Source of the DNA: Octopus vulgaris
Lineage: Eukaryota
Length of the DNA stretch: 64,000 bases
Reading direction: 5' to 3'
Assembly (NCBI GenBank): GCA_951406725.2
Contig: OX597824.1
Coordinates: 78,678,001-78,742,000, forward strand
A model generated the notes under the pieces. It made no database searches. It was not told where the DNA came from and was given only the letters and a program-made list of their open reading frames with translations. Position numbers and translations under genes: made by a program. Of this stretch, positions 29,297 to 42,093 are shown one piece after another (the stretch's first letter is position 1; each line of letters starts with the position of its first letter).

Positions 29297-30019
29297 GATT
29301 AAAGAGATGGAGAAAGATAGAGAGTAAGAGAAAGCGAGGGAGAGTCCGATAGAAAGGAAGAGTAAGATAGTGGGAAAGTGAAAGAGAAAGGAGAGAGAAA
29401 CAAAGAGGGAGAATGTGGCGATAAGAAACAGAAAGGAAGCAACAAAAAGTAACAACCACACTCTCACCCGCGCGTAGAGCGCATCACCTTAAGCTAGTCT
29501 GTTACATAGTTCCCAAAATACTCTCCTCTTAGTAAGCTTGTCATTAACATTAAAACGAAATACGAAGAGCATATTTGCTGACACGGGCCAAAATTACGTT
29601 TAGTGACACGTATGTAGCAAAAATTTTAATAAATGTATACAATTAGCAAAATCTGTACAATTAGCTGCTTGTGCAGGAGAATGACGAGAGAAAACTACCA
29701 GATACTAGTGTTTCCAGAAGGTTAAATACGTGCTACCATAAGTTACATGTAAATACGAACAACAGCATAAGGGAGAAGTTATATTCGCGTTTGATCAGAG
29801 AAGGTGGCGAAGATGGAGATGTGCGCAATAGGATGCTCGAGATTTGGATCAAGCGTGTATCCAGTGAATAAAGTAAATATGGTACCATATATATAATTCA
29901 CCGTTACTAGTGACGAAGGGCGCAGGGACACCAGCATTGCTAGAAATAAGAATCAGACAACTATTTAGCCACAGATGCACATTTTCTGTTTACTAACTAG
30001 AGAGACAACATCCATACTG

Positions 30020-30385
30020 CTATTCTTTTCTACTCCAGTCACAATTTGGAGGGAGTGGGGGCCAGTCGATTAGATCGACCCCAGTACGCAACTAGTACTT
30101 ATTTAATCGACCCCGAAAGGATGAAAGGCAAAGTCGACCTCGGCGGAATTTGAACTCAGAACGTAGCGGCAGACGAAATACCTATTTCTTTACTACCCAC
30201 AAGGGGCTGAACACAGAGAGGACAAACAAGGACAGACAAACGGATTAAGTCGATTATATCGACCCCAGTGCGTAACTGGTACTTATTTAATCGACCCCGA
30301 AGGGATGAAAGGCAAAGTCGACCTCCGCGGAATTTGAACTCAGAACGTAGCGGCAGACGAAATACCGCTAAGAATTTCGCCCGGA
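30020..30385 (-). mobile_element. SINE family B, two core units, head truncated
   Basis: Family motifs. Confidence 0.85.
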
Positions 30386-31136
30386 TTCTCCACACCGCAA
30401 TTGCGTGGCATTAGATTGGTATGCCAATTTCGCATGAAATTTAATGTTCATCAGTAATGCTTAATCCATTGCAGGTGACGAAGTTAAATTCTACCCCATC
30501 ATTATATATAGATTTTACCATAGGAATCAGTGGCTGATTCCGCAGAATGGTAATGTGAAAATTATAAGATAATTAAGGTGGTTTGACGCAAATCACAACC
30601 AAAAGAGGAAATAATTCACCGTCACTAAAATGTGACGAAGGGTGCAGGGAGCACCGAAATTGCTAGAAATAAGAGTCAAAAAAGCATTTAGCCACAGAAG
30701 CTGAATTCTACTCTGTCCGTATATATAGAAATTACTATAGGAATCAATTTAATTAAATTTTAAAGTACAGGAATACACTTTACCGGTTTCACGTAAGTGT
30801 ATAGTTTGCAGAGCTATGTCACAAATAATGTCCATAACTAAACTCCGTGCATTATACATTTTTGAAAATCTAATGTGAAACCGATATATATATATTGACT
30901 GCGGCCATGGTGGAGTACTACCTTTAGTCGAAATAATCGACCCCAGGACATATTCTTTGTAAGCCTGGTGCTTATTCAAGCGGTCTTCTTGCCGAACCGC
31001 TAAGATACGGGGACATAAACACACCAACATATGTTGTCAAGTGATTTTTTCCATCCGTCGAATGTAAATAACGTAAATAATGTACATAATTCCTCATCTC
31101 TTAAATATAGAACAGGAAGTTACTTTTCAATCACCC

Positions 31137-31170
<34 letters not shown>

Positions 31171-31201
31171 AGTATGTCTAAATGTATATGTATGTATCAT
31201 G

Positions 31202-31248
<47 letters not shown>

Positions 31249-31499
31249 ATGTATGTATGTATGTATGTATGTATGTATTAGGTCGTCAAGTATGAAATTT
31301 GTAGCAAGGTATATGGTAAATTTTGACAGCTACTCATTTTGCGCCATTATTATATTTTGACAATCATTATTTTTTGTTAGAAAGATGATACATCTATTTC
31401 TTTATTCTGACTCATTTTGTGCTTTATAAAGTATTTATAGAATGGTTGTATACTGTCAATCTAACACGAACGTGACAGTAGGAGGGTACACCACCGCTG

Positions 31500-31572
31500 T
31501 TTAGCCCTAGGAAGAATCGACGCCTCCTGATGGCTTTCACATCAGGAGGCGTCGATGCTTCCTAGGGCTAAA
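31500..31572. repeat. Near-perfect 33 bp inverted repeat (hairpin, 7 nt loop)
   Basis: TTTAGCCCTAGGAAGAATCGACGCCTCCTGATG / CATCAGGAGGCGTCGATGCTTCCTAGGGCTAAA, one mismatch. Confidence 0.95.
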
Positions 31573-31605
31573 TATATATATAATATAGAGAGAGACAGAC
31601 AGACA

Positions 31606-31900
31606 GAGGGTGATTGAAAAGTAACTCCCTATTTTAAAATACTTATAATATATTTATTTTTTAACCGTAATTTTTAGAAAAATGAATATGTGAAGAAAGC
31701 GTATAGCATGGAGTTTTATTTAAAATTCGATAGAGGCACCAGCATTCGCCACCAGCTTGTCAAGCTGTCTGAGAACTGCGTCAACTGATTTCATCAGAAA
31801 CTCTTGTAAGATGGAAGACATAACTTCTCGTATTCGCCCTTCAAGTTCTTCTAAAGTCATTGGTTTGAAAGAGCAGAGTTGCTCCTTTAACCAACCACAA
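31606..31900 (-). mobile_element. Tc1/mariner-superfamily (Tc3/DUF4817-like) transposon 3' end
   Basis: Minus strand reads GWLKEQLCSFKPMTLEELEGRIREVMSSILQEFLMKSVDAVLRQLDKLVANAGASIEF*, then TIR GGGTGATTGAAAAGTAACT; the same TIR is inverted at 31113-31140. Confidence 0.7.
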
Positions 31901-31939
31901 GTCTGTGTTTACTTGGCAAGTTGTGAAATTTGTATTTTG

Positions 31940-33058
31940 GGGATCACGTGTATGTTGTAGTTTGCGATTTTTTGTCATGGACAGGAAGTTGGAACAAAGG
32001 GGACAACGTGAAATGTTGCGTTAAACATGGCAAGTCTGCTACAGAGACATCGAGCATGCTTCGGTAAGCTTACGGCGACGAGGCATTGGGTCGTATGCAA
32101 TGTTTGTTTCAAGTAGGACGGGCGCTTCAAAGGCTGAATAACATCTCTGGAAGACAATGAGCGATCTGGAAGACCTACCACGAGCGCCACTTCCGGAAAT
32201 GCGGATAAAATTCATCACCTTACGTATGAGGATCGTCGTAGAATAATCAACAACATTGCTGATGATGTTGGTCTGTCGTAAGGGGCTGTGCAGGCAATCC
32301 TAGCGTCTGGATTGAACATGCGGCGTGTCGCTACCGAGTTTGTTTCTCCGCCTGCTAACCACAGAGCATAAAGAACATCGCGTTGAAATCTATCCTTCAT
32401 GTCATGTATCATCACGGGGAACGAGAGTTGGGTCGATGGGTACGACCCTGAGACGAAGCCGCTATCGTCCAAATCAAAGAGCCCTTCATCTCGAAGGCTG
32501 AAGAAAGAACGACAGAGCTGCAGCCCATTTAAGAGCATGCTCACCGTTAATTTCGACATCCGCGGTATTGTGCATCGAGAATTCGGTCCCCAAGGCCAGA
32601 CCGTCAATTGAGAGTTCAGCTGTGACGTTTCGAAGCGTTTGAGTGGGGAGGGATTCGACGAAAGCTAATCTGTGGAACACGAAAAATTGAATTTTTTTAC
32701 AATGACAATGCACTTTGTCACCGAGCTCGTGAGTTTCTCGCTGAAAACATCACGGTACCACTTCTGCATCGACCCCATTCGCCAGATTTAGCACCTGCGG
32801 ACTTCCATCTCTTCCCCAAGATGAAAATGCAGCTCAAAGGTCGCCGTTTTAACAGCGCTATGCAGATCAATAGCGCATTATAGAAGGTCCTCGATTCGCT
32901 TACGGAAAACGAATTCCAGGGCAGATTTCAAAACTGACAGGAAGGCTGAGACCTGTGTATTGCTGTGCAAGGTGATTTCGAAGGCGATGATGTTAAAATT
33001 TAAGTAAATAAGTTATTTTTTATTAACCATAACTAGTCCGGAAACTTTTTGATACCAC

Positions 33059-33064
<6 letters not shown>
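31940..33064 (+). pseudogene. Decayed mariner transposon (full-length transposase with stops and frameshifts, 3' TIR)
   Basis: MDRKLEQR..HGKSATET..AYGDEAL; IITGNESWVDGYDPETK; PHSPDLAPADFHLFPKMK; ends CCGGAAACTTTTTGATACCACCAC then TA array. Confidence 0.9.
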
Positions 33065-33114
<50 letters not shown>

Positions 33115-33157
33115 TAATAATATATATATATAAAATATATATATATATATATATAAA

Positions 33158-33222
<65 letters not shown>

Positions 33223-33441
33223 GTAGGGAATATAATTCCAAACTTACAGGGGAAAATTCAATTAAGCAATTCTAAATCAAATTTCACAATATATAATATA
33301 TATTTACTACTATTTACTATTTATTGTTTATTGATTTTTAGAATAAGGTTTTTTTAGTATATTTATTTTTTCTATATGGTGTGAATAATGTCTTTCACTA
33401 TTGAATTGCTTAATAGTGTTTTTTCTCTAAATTATATATAT

Positions 33442-33496
<55 letters not shown>

Positions 33497-33497
<1 letters not shown>

Positions 33498-34222
33498 GAG
33501 GGTGGGCTGAAAAGTTCATAGGCTGCCCACGATGCAATGGTCGAACTTGATCAAATATGGTTTATTTTTCGACATAGTCTCCCCTGCGGTTCATACACTT
33601 CTTCCATCAGTGTTGCAGCACTTAGATCCCAGTGGTATAGAAACTCGCATCCTGACCCTCAAAAAAGTCCTCAACAGCAGATATGACCTCATCATCGGTC
33701 CGATACTGCTTTCTAGCTAAGTGTTTTCTCATGCAGGAGAATATGGAAGGTGATCGACCAGTTCAACGCCATAATCGCGCCGTACAACAGCCATTGCAAC
33801 AACACACTTGTCTGCGAGGGTATTGTACTGTTGGAGCAGGACCCCTTTCGTCAGTTTTTCAGGCTGTTTTGACTTCATTGCTTTTCGCATCAACCTCAGC
33901 AAGTCGGCATAGTATTCTCCATTGATAGTATGCCTTTTCTGAAGGTAGTTAATGAACACAATGCCCTTTGCTTCCCAGAAGGCTGAGGCCATCACCTTTC
34001 CTGCCGATGACACCACTTTGGCCTTCTTTAATGGGGGAGAAGACGGATGTTTCCACTGCATGCTCTGCTGTTTGGTCTCTGGCTCAAAGTGGTGAACCCA
34101 ACATTCATCTTGGGTGAGGGAACATTCAAGAAAATCGGCTGGATTTGCTTCAAAAATTGCCAAGTTCAATTGCGACATGACCGGCCTGGTGTACTTTTGG
34201 TCAGGCGTCAAAAGTCGCGGCA
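33497..34222 (-). pseudogene. Second mariner, 5'-truncated and internally deleted
   Basis: PRLLTPDQK..TQDECWVHHFEPETKQQSMQW..KVMASAFW..TINGEYY..HLPYSP, C-terminus RGDYVEK*, TIR TA-CGAGGGTGGGCTGAAAAGTT at 33495. Confidence 0.9.
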
Positions 34223-34585
34223 AATTCAGGATATATAAAATTATTTCCTTATCTGTACCTTTCAGTACATCTCAACGCTTCTAAATCAAGCTTTTTCTGT
34301 TGACTTTCAACTTAAGCTGAATTTAATAGAAGATAGCGTCTTATAAAGCTAGATTTATATATCCTAAACTTTCAGAATTTGACGTTCCGGCAATTTAGCT
34401 TAATGGAAAAGCGTTTAACACCGATAAATTTTTCTCCACAATATGGATAGTTTATCCTGTTAATTGTTATATTATCAACATTATCCAGCGATTGAGAATA
34501 ACATTACTTTCTTATCTGTATCTTTCAATATACCTCAAAGCTTCTAAAGCAAACGTTGTTTCTTGGCTTTCAACGTAGGTTCAAC

Positions 34586-34587
<2 letters not shown>

Positions 34588-34621
<34 letters not shown>

Positions 34622-34825
34622 CATATACATATACGTATATATATGTATATATATATACATACTTATTTATACATATCTATATATATTCATATATATATAT
34701 GTGTGTGTGTGTATACATACATATGCACATACATATATAAATATATATATATATATATATACACACACATTATATACATATATATACAGACATATATATG
34801 CATATATATATACATACACATATAA

Positions 34826-34875
<50 letters not shown>

Positions 34876-35023
34876 ACATACATATATATAAGTACACATA
34901 CATGTAAATATGCACATACATACATATATATACATTCATTCATACGTTTATATATATAAATACACACATATATACATATATACATATATACATACATGTA
35001 TATACATATATACATACATACAC

Positions 35024-35066
<43 letters not shown>

Positions 35067-35382
35067 CATACAACATATATATACATACATACATACATAC
35101 TTACATACATACATACATATATACATGCATATATATATATACATATACTTCACAATATATAGACTACATTAAGAAGTGCTCATTGCGAGGTAAATCGAAG
35201 GATAAGGGAACTTTTAGAAGGAACAAATCCGGCAATCAATAGAAATTCACAGAATAATTTTAAACAAAACACCAATTAAGTATACACATTACATTTATAA
35301 ATCAGTGAACAAAGTTAAATGTAAAAGTCATATGTCAAAGCTATGCGGCATGTATATTATATATATATATAGATATAGATAT

Positions 35383-35414
<32 letters not shown>

Positions 35415-36522
35415 GTCCATACATATATATAATATATATATACATATATGTATACATATATATATATATACATATATGTATACATATATATATACATATA
35501 TGTATACATATATAACTTAGAATAACTTAGAAAGGTTTTTGGCCAGTATTGGCCCAGGCCATGTCTAACTTAATAGCACCACCTGGCGAAGTCTTTCAGT
35601 TCAGGATTTGGGCACCAAGGCCCATTCGAGCAGAGAGTTATTGTTTGCGGAGACATATCCGGGTGTGGGTGGTTTGTCCGGTACTGTTTGAAGGAATTTG
35701 TCCAAAGACTTCTTGAATTTTGTGTGGTCAGTTTCTTTTTTGACGTGTCCTGGTGTAATGTTGAAGAGAGCAGGTCCAAATGAGGTGAAATAGTTGTGCC
35801 GTATTGTCGTTATGTGATGCGATTTAGATTTTTGTTGTGGACGGATGGCACGTGGTCCAAGCCTTGGATGCATTTTGAAGGTGATGCCAACATCATTCGG
35901 ACAGTGCTGATGGAATATTTTCCACATCATACAGATAATGTAGCGTTCACGGCGTCGTTGGAGTGAATACAATTTCAGCTTCTCTAGTCTACCCCAGTAG
36001 TCAAGGTCTGACATGCCATCTATCTTTTTTGTGATTGACCTTTGGGGAGCTTCAATTCTCATAATATCTTGTTTTGTGTAGGGAGACCACAGTGGACAGC
36101 AGTATTCAAGGTGGGGTCGGGCAAAAGTGGAGAAGAGAAGGATAATAGCGTGGGAATCTCTCGACTGGAAGGTTCTGAGAATCCAGGAACACATTCTGCG
36201 GGCCATGTCAACTTTGCTGCTTATATGTGTAGCCCAGCTTATGTTGTTGTCCACTGTTACTCCCAGGTCTCTGATGTTGTTGGATGCCATGAGAATTTCT
36301 CCAGAAGGAAGAGAGTATGGGAGTTTCAGAGCGTCCTCCCTTCCAAAGTGGATCAGTTCGAATTTGTCTTCGAATTTGTCTTCGAATTTGTCTTCGATAT
36401 ATATATATGTATACATATATATATATACATATATGTATACATATATATATATACATATATGTATACATATATATATATACATATATGTATACATATATAT
36501 ATATATATATATACATATATGT

Positions 36523-36585
<63 letters not shown>

Positions 36586-36650
36586 CATATATATATATAC
36601 ATATATGTATACATATATATATATACATATATGTATACATATATATATAT

Positions 36651-36723
<73 letters not shown>

Positions 36724-36762
36724 ATTTATACATTTATATATATACATATATATACACACACA

Positions 36763-36836
<74 letters not shown>

Positions 36837-36940
36837 TATATACATATGTACATGATTATATACACACACACATATATTACATACATATATATGCATACAT
36901 ATATACAATGATATGTATACATACATATATACACACATTC
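34588..36940. repeat. Large degenerate (TA)n/(TACA)n microsatellite field hosting a LINE insertion
   Basis: Directly visible. Confidence 0.9.
35513..36395 (-). mobile_element. CR1-group LINE, 5'-truncated; RT C-terminal frame open to stop at 35601
   Basis: [50 protein letters not shown]; short 3' UTR ending in (CTAAGTTATT) repeats. Confidence 0.9.
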
Positions 36941-37387
36941 ATGATAGACAGACCACAAACAAACAGAAAGTGAGCGAAGTGTATGAGAGAGAATTCGACG
37001 AAACCTACGAACGTCTGCATCCGGAAAAATGTACCTAAGAATTAAATATTTCCTTGGTAGACGATGACAATTGACTTCATATCGGTCAATACAGACTTTT
37101 TGAATTTAATCTATAAAACTAACGTCGTCTCAAAGAAATTAGTTTAATTCTGTTAAGGGAAGTAACTGACACAATGTTTTTATCGTTACAGTTGTTCCCC
37201 TTAGTATAACGATTTTAATTTGTGTCGAAGTAACTGCTTCAATTTAAGTGTTTACACCAACGAAAACATATTTTAGGAATGGCATGAAAGCCAAAACCGC
37301 TTCACTTTCTGCATGCATTTTATTAATCGTTCTCGCTAAGTAATGAAACTATGGAATATAACATTTCTCAATGAATAACAATTTCTT

Positions 37388-37802
37388 ATTTCTTTATTGC
37401 CCACAAGGAGCTAAACATAGAGGGGACAAACATGGACAGACAAAGGGATAAAATCGATTACATCGACACCAGTACGTAACTGGTACTTAATTTTTCGACC
37501 CCGAAGGGATGAAAGGCAAAGTCGACCTCGGCGGAATTTGAACTCAGAACGTAAAGACAGACGAAATACCTATTTCTTTACTACCCACAAGGGGCTACAC
37601 ACAGAGAAGACAAACAAGGACAGAGAAACGGATTAAGTCGATTATATCAACCTCAGTGCGTAACTGGTATTTATTTAATTGACCCCTAAAGGATGAAAGG
37701 CAAAGTCGACCTCGGCGGAATTTGAACTCAGAACGTAAAGACAGACGAAATACCGCTACGCATTTCGCCCGGCGTGCTAACGTTTCTGCCAGATCGCCGC
37801 CT
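37388..37802 (-). mobile_element. SINE family B, two core units plus head
   Basis: Family motifs. Confidence 0.9.
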
Positions 37803-38089
37803 TTGTATAACAACGAATAACAATTTCTATAGCCCCAAAGGTTCATATTCAGAAAAGAGGTGAAAAGCAAGAACGTTCATTCATTTCCCAAAGATTATAA
37901 ACAATGGCAGAACGTCTATCAGAGTAAATATTTTGTTGTATTAAGTTTCATTGCTTCACGTTTCGAGTTCAAATTAGGCAGAGGTTGGCTCTTTCATTTT
38001 CACGACGTTGATAAAAGACCCAATGTAGTTATGTTTATGTAACCGGTCATATCCGGCAAAAATATTTTCCCTGTTTCTATGTTCAAACT

Positions 38090-38660
38090 GGTCGGGTCGC
38101 GAAATTTTTTTACCCCACGAGGGGTCCGGAACTCTCGTGGAAAAAAAATTTCCGAACCCCAGTAAAGAACTCATTTGCATACAGCCAATTAGAGCTCATT
38201 TTGACCTTGTCAAGTTAACAAACAACAAACACACCCAACCAAGTAAACTCAAGACGAAGAACGGTGTTGTAAATCGAACGATTGCCAAGTTATGCCTGAT
38301 TTTAGGAGACAATTAGATAGATTTGCATCTATAACTATTATATGATTTTGTTAGGGCTTCAGATGGTAAAGATGCGGTTAGAGGGTGATGTACTAGCAAC
38401 CCTCTCCCCTTACTGCTTTACAGAGCAAACAGCAACACAAATAACTACACAGGGGCAGCCATGGTTGGAACAACAACAACAAGCATTCTTAAAAGAGAAA
38501 AGAAGCATGATCATTCATTACCCAAGTGACCTTTGTCTTATGTTAGGCGCTCATAAATTAGTTTCATAGTTGAAGTTTGATTGGCTGTATGCAAACGAGT
38601 TCATAACTGGGGTCCGGAACTCTCGTGGTAAAAAAATTTCGCGGCCGGGCCCTGCCTTAC
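38090..38660. mobile_element. Non-autonomous element with ~100 bp imperfect terminal inverted repeats (MITE-like)
   Basis: CGCGAAATTTTTT..CCACGAG..CCCCAGT..GAACTC.TTTGCATACAGCCAAT at left is mirrored at 38580-38650. Confidence 0.6.
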
Positions 38661-38765
38661 AATGTCAGTGTAAACTAAACAATCATTCCACTGAAATTTC
38701 AAACCCATGAGAAAATGCATAATTTTTATTTATTTTTTTATTTTTTTATTTTATGTGAATAAATA

Positions 38766-39120
38766 AGGCGTGGCTGTGTGGTAAGAGGCTGGCTTCTCAC
38801 CCACATGATTCCAGGTTCAGTCCTACTGCGTGGCACCTTCGGCAATTGTCTTCTACTATAGCTCGGGCTGACCAAAGTTTTATGAGTGGATCTGGTAGGC
38901 AGAAACTGAAAGAAGCCTGTCTTATGTGTATTTATTCATGTGTGTGACAACCGATGCTGGTGTGCTTATGTACCCATAACTTAGCAGTTCAGCAAATTAG
39001 ACCAATAGAATAAGTACTAGGCTTACAAAGAATAAGATCTGGGGTCGATTTCCTTTGACTAAAACTCTTTAAGGTGGTGCTCCAGCATGGCCACTGCCAA
39101 ATGACTAACATAAGTAAAAG
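38766..39120 (+). mobile_element. SINE family A (diverged)
   Basis: Family motifs. Confidence 0.8.
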
Positions 39121-39219
39121 AATTACATTTGAGAGGTAATCTGAGCACTAAAGAGTTAATAAACTTGTTCGCAAAATCCCGTCCTTTTTTTAATATATAT
39201 TTTAAATTAATACTTCGCT

Positions 39220-39541
39220 ACGTTTCTCTTACATTCTGCGTTCAGTTGTAGGAGTCATTTTTTTACAGAGTCAATAACGTAAGTAACAAGATGGTGAGTT
39301 GCACCGAGTCGTGAGAGTTTCAGATAAAATACCTAGCGGTATTCTCTTCCTCTGAATGAAGGCGGCGAGCTGGCAGAAACACGTTTCTCTTACATTCTGC
39401 GTTCAGTTGTAGGAGTCATTTTTTTACAGAGTCAATAACGTAAGTAACAAGATGGTGAGTTGCACCGAGTCGTGAGAGTTTCAGATAAAATACCTAGCGG
39501 TATTCTCTTCCTCTGAATGAAGGCGGCGAGCTGGCAGAAAC
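39220..39541. repeat. Perfect 161 bp tandem duplication ending in a SINE B head (SINE B continues to 39757)
   Basis: ACGTTTCTCTTACATTCTGCG... starts at 39220 and 39381. Confidence 0.95.
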
Positions 39542-40057
39542 GTTAGCGCGCCGGGCGAAATGCTTAGCGGTATTTCGTCTGCCGTTACGTTCTGAGTTCA
39601 AATTCCGCCAAGGTCGACTTTGCCTTTCATCCTTTCGGGGTCGATAAATTAAGTACCAGTTACGCACTGGAGTCGATGTAATCGACTTAATACCTATGTC
39701 TGTCCTTGTTTGTCCCCTCTGTGTTTAGCCCCTTGTGGGTAATAAAGAAGTAGGTATTCTCTTCCACTTCTCAGTTTAAATTGTGTTGAGGTCAACTTTG
39801 CCCTTCATTCTCTCTTTTGAGGTCGATAAAATACCAGTCCCGTACGGGGGCCAATTTGTTATCTCTCACTTACTCTTTGAAAGAGACATCAGCTTTGTTC
39901 CGAGTTCGAGAGGGATGACTTCCCGACAGGTTTAAAACGCACATGCAACACCGTATGTTACAAATGCACCTTTATGACTCCACCAGGGGCTGAGAGATCA
40001 AGAAAGCAACATAAGCACCAGTTGTATGTCAGTACAAAGCATATTTCCAATTAGAGT

Positions 40058-40380
40058 GAAGGCGCATGGCTCAGTGATTAGAGCGTCCGGCTCACAATCG
40101 TAAGGTAATGAGTTCGATTCCCAGACCAGGTTGAGCAAGACACTATTTCACGTTGATCCAGTTCGTTCAGCTGAAGAAATGAGTTGTGATGTCACTTGTG
40201 CCAACCTGTATCGGCCTTTTGCCTTTCCCTTGGATAACATCAGTGGCATGGAGAGGAGAGGCTGGTACTCATGGGAAACTGCCGGTCTTCCATAAATAAA
40301 CTTGTCCAGAGCTGTGCTTTGGAGGGTAACTTTCTAGGTGCAATCCCACAGTCAGTCATGACCGAAGGGGTTCTTTAACC
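40058..40380 (+). mobile_element. SINE family C
   Basis: Head, central domain and tail. Confidence 0.85.
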
Positions 40381-40797
40381 TTTTTTACATTTCCATTGGT
40401 TTTTGTGTGAATTTTGTGTGAAGACAAGTATCTTCAGATCACATGCTTGAAGAATTTTTAGTCAAACGAATTGAGCCCAGTACGTTTTTTAAGCTAGGTA
40501 CTTACTCTACCGGCCTTTTTGCTAAGCCACTAAATTATGAGGATGTAAACACACCAACACTGGCCAAGTAGCATTGGACAAACACACACACACACGCTGA
40601 GGATTTTTCCCATCTATCAAATCCATTTATAAGGCTTTGGTTAGCCCAAGGCTATATTAGAAAATACTTGCCGCAAGATGCCATGCAGTGGGTCTGAACC
40701 TGGAACTGTGTGGTTGGGAAGCAAACTTCTTACCACACAGCCACATCTGCATCTCCAGAAAGAAGAAAAATAATAAAGTTTTTAAAATACATAATCA

Positions 40798-40962
40798 GGC
40801 GCAGGAGTGGCTGTGTGGTAAGTAGCTTGCTAACCAACCACATGGTTCCGGGTTCAGTCCCACTGCGTGGCAACTTGGGCAGGTATCTTCTGCTATAGCC
40901 TCGGGCCGACCAAAGCCTTGTGAGTGGATTTGGTAGACGGAAACTGAAAGAAGCCTGTCGTA

Positions 40963-40994
<32 letters not shown>

Positions 40995-41155
40995 GATAAG
41001 AAAGTTTGTTTGGTAAAGCACGTGGGTGAATATATAAGAAAATAGTAAAGAGTGAAAAAACGACAGAAGGCTTAAATGTTAAAAAATATATATATTTGCG
41101 TCAAAATGTCTGGAGAATATTTTTTTCCTTTCCTTAAAATGACATAATTTTATAC

Positions 41156-41206
<51 letters not shown>

Positions 41207-41410
41207 CTGTGTTTGTCCCCCTAGCATTGCTTGACAACCGATGCTGGTGTGTTTACATCCCGTCACTTAGCGGTTCGGCAAAAGAGACCGATAGAATAAG
41301 TACTGGGCTTACAAAAGAATAAGTCCCGGGGTCGATTTGCTCGACTAAAGGCGGTGCTCCAGCATGGCCGCAGTCAAATGACTGAAACAAGTAAAAGAGT
41401 AAAGAGAGAG
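40798..41410 (+). mobile_element. SINE family A with ~165 bp foreign insert inside its (TA)n
   Basis: Head to GTCG(TA)n, unique segment 40995-41160, then (TA)n and the rest of the body. Confidence 0.85.
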
Positions 41411-41648
41411 TAAACCAAAAGGAAAATACCAAAACAGTTGGAATAAATAAATTTTTTAAAATATATTTTAATTTTATTTTTTAAATTTTAATTTATTACA
41501 AACAAATGAAACATGTTTTATGTTGTTTTTCTTTATGTTCTGTTCAAGAAATAAGAGAAAAAAATATGGCTTCAAAGATGAGAACAATAAAACAAACAGC
41601 TTCATCAAACCAAAATAAAGTTTTTAGTAAAAAAAAAACTCCATTAAC

Positions 41649-42093
41649 CCTTTCATCACTGTATTTATTTTCAGATGCTCTGTGTTTCTTTCAATTACTT
41701 TAACCCTTTCGTTACCGTATTTATTTTGAGATGCTCTGTGTTTCTTTCAATTAATTTTAAATATAACAAAGAATTTAGTAAAATAACTTAATTATCATTA
41801 AGCTAGTGTTAGGAACATAAATTATGACTAAGGTTTGGTGGAAGATTTTAATTCAAAACTCATGAAAACAAGACATTTGTACTACAGAGCCAGAGCCGGT
41901 TTCAGCCGGGTTGGTAACAAAAGGGTTAAATATAACAAAGAATTTGGTAAAATAACTTTGTTATCATTAAGCTAGCGTTAGGAACATAAATTGTGACTAA
42001 GGTTTGGTGGAAGATTTTAATTGAAAACTTATGAAAACAAGACATTTGTATTCAGGGCCAGAGCCGGTTTCAGCCGGGTTGGTAACGAAAGGG
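41649..42093 (+). mobile_element. piggyBac-type MITE with a second copy (41704-41925) nested in its internal TTAA
   Basis: TTAA-CCCTTT...AAAGGG-TTAA termini for both outer and inner copies. Confidence 0.85.

Noticed and set aside
30615-30710. GTGACGA-ggtgc/gcacc-GAAA motif, with a diverged copy at 29895-29990
   Set aside because: First core base is wrong and there is no stem I or III; kept only as an unclassified diverged repeat
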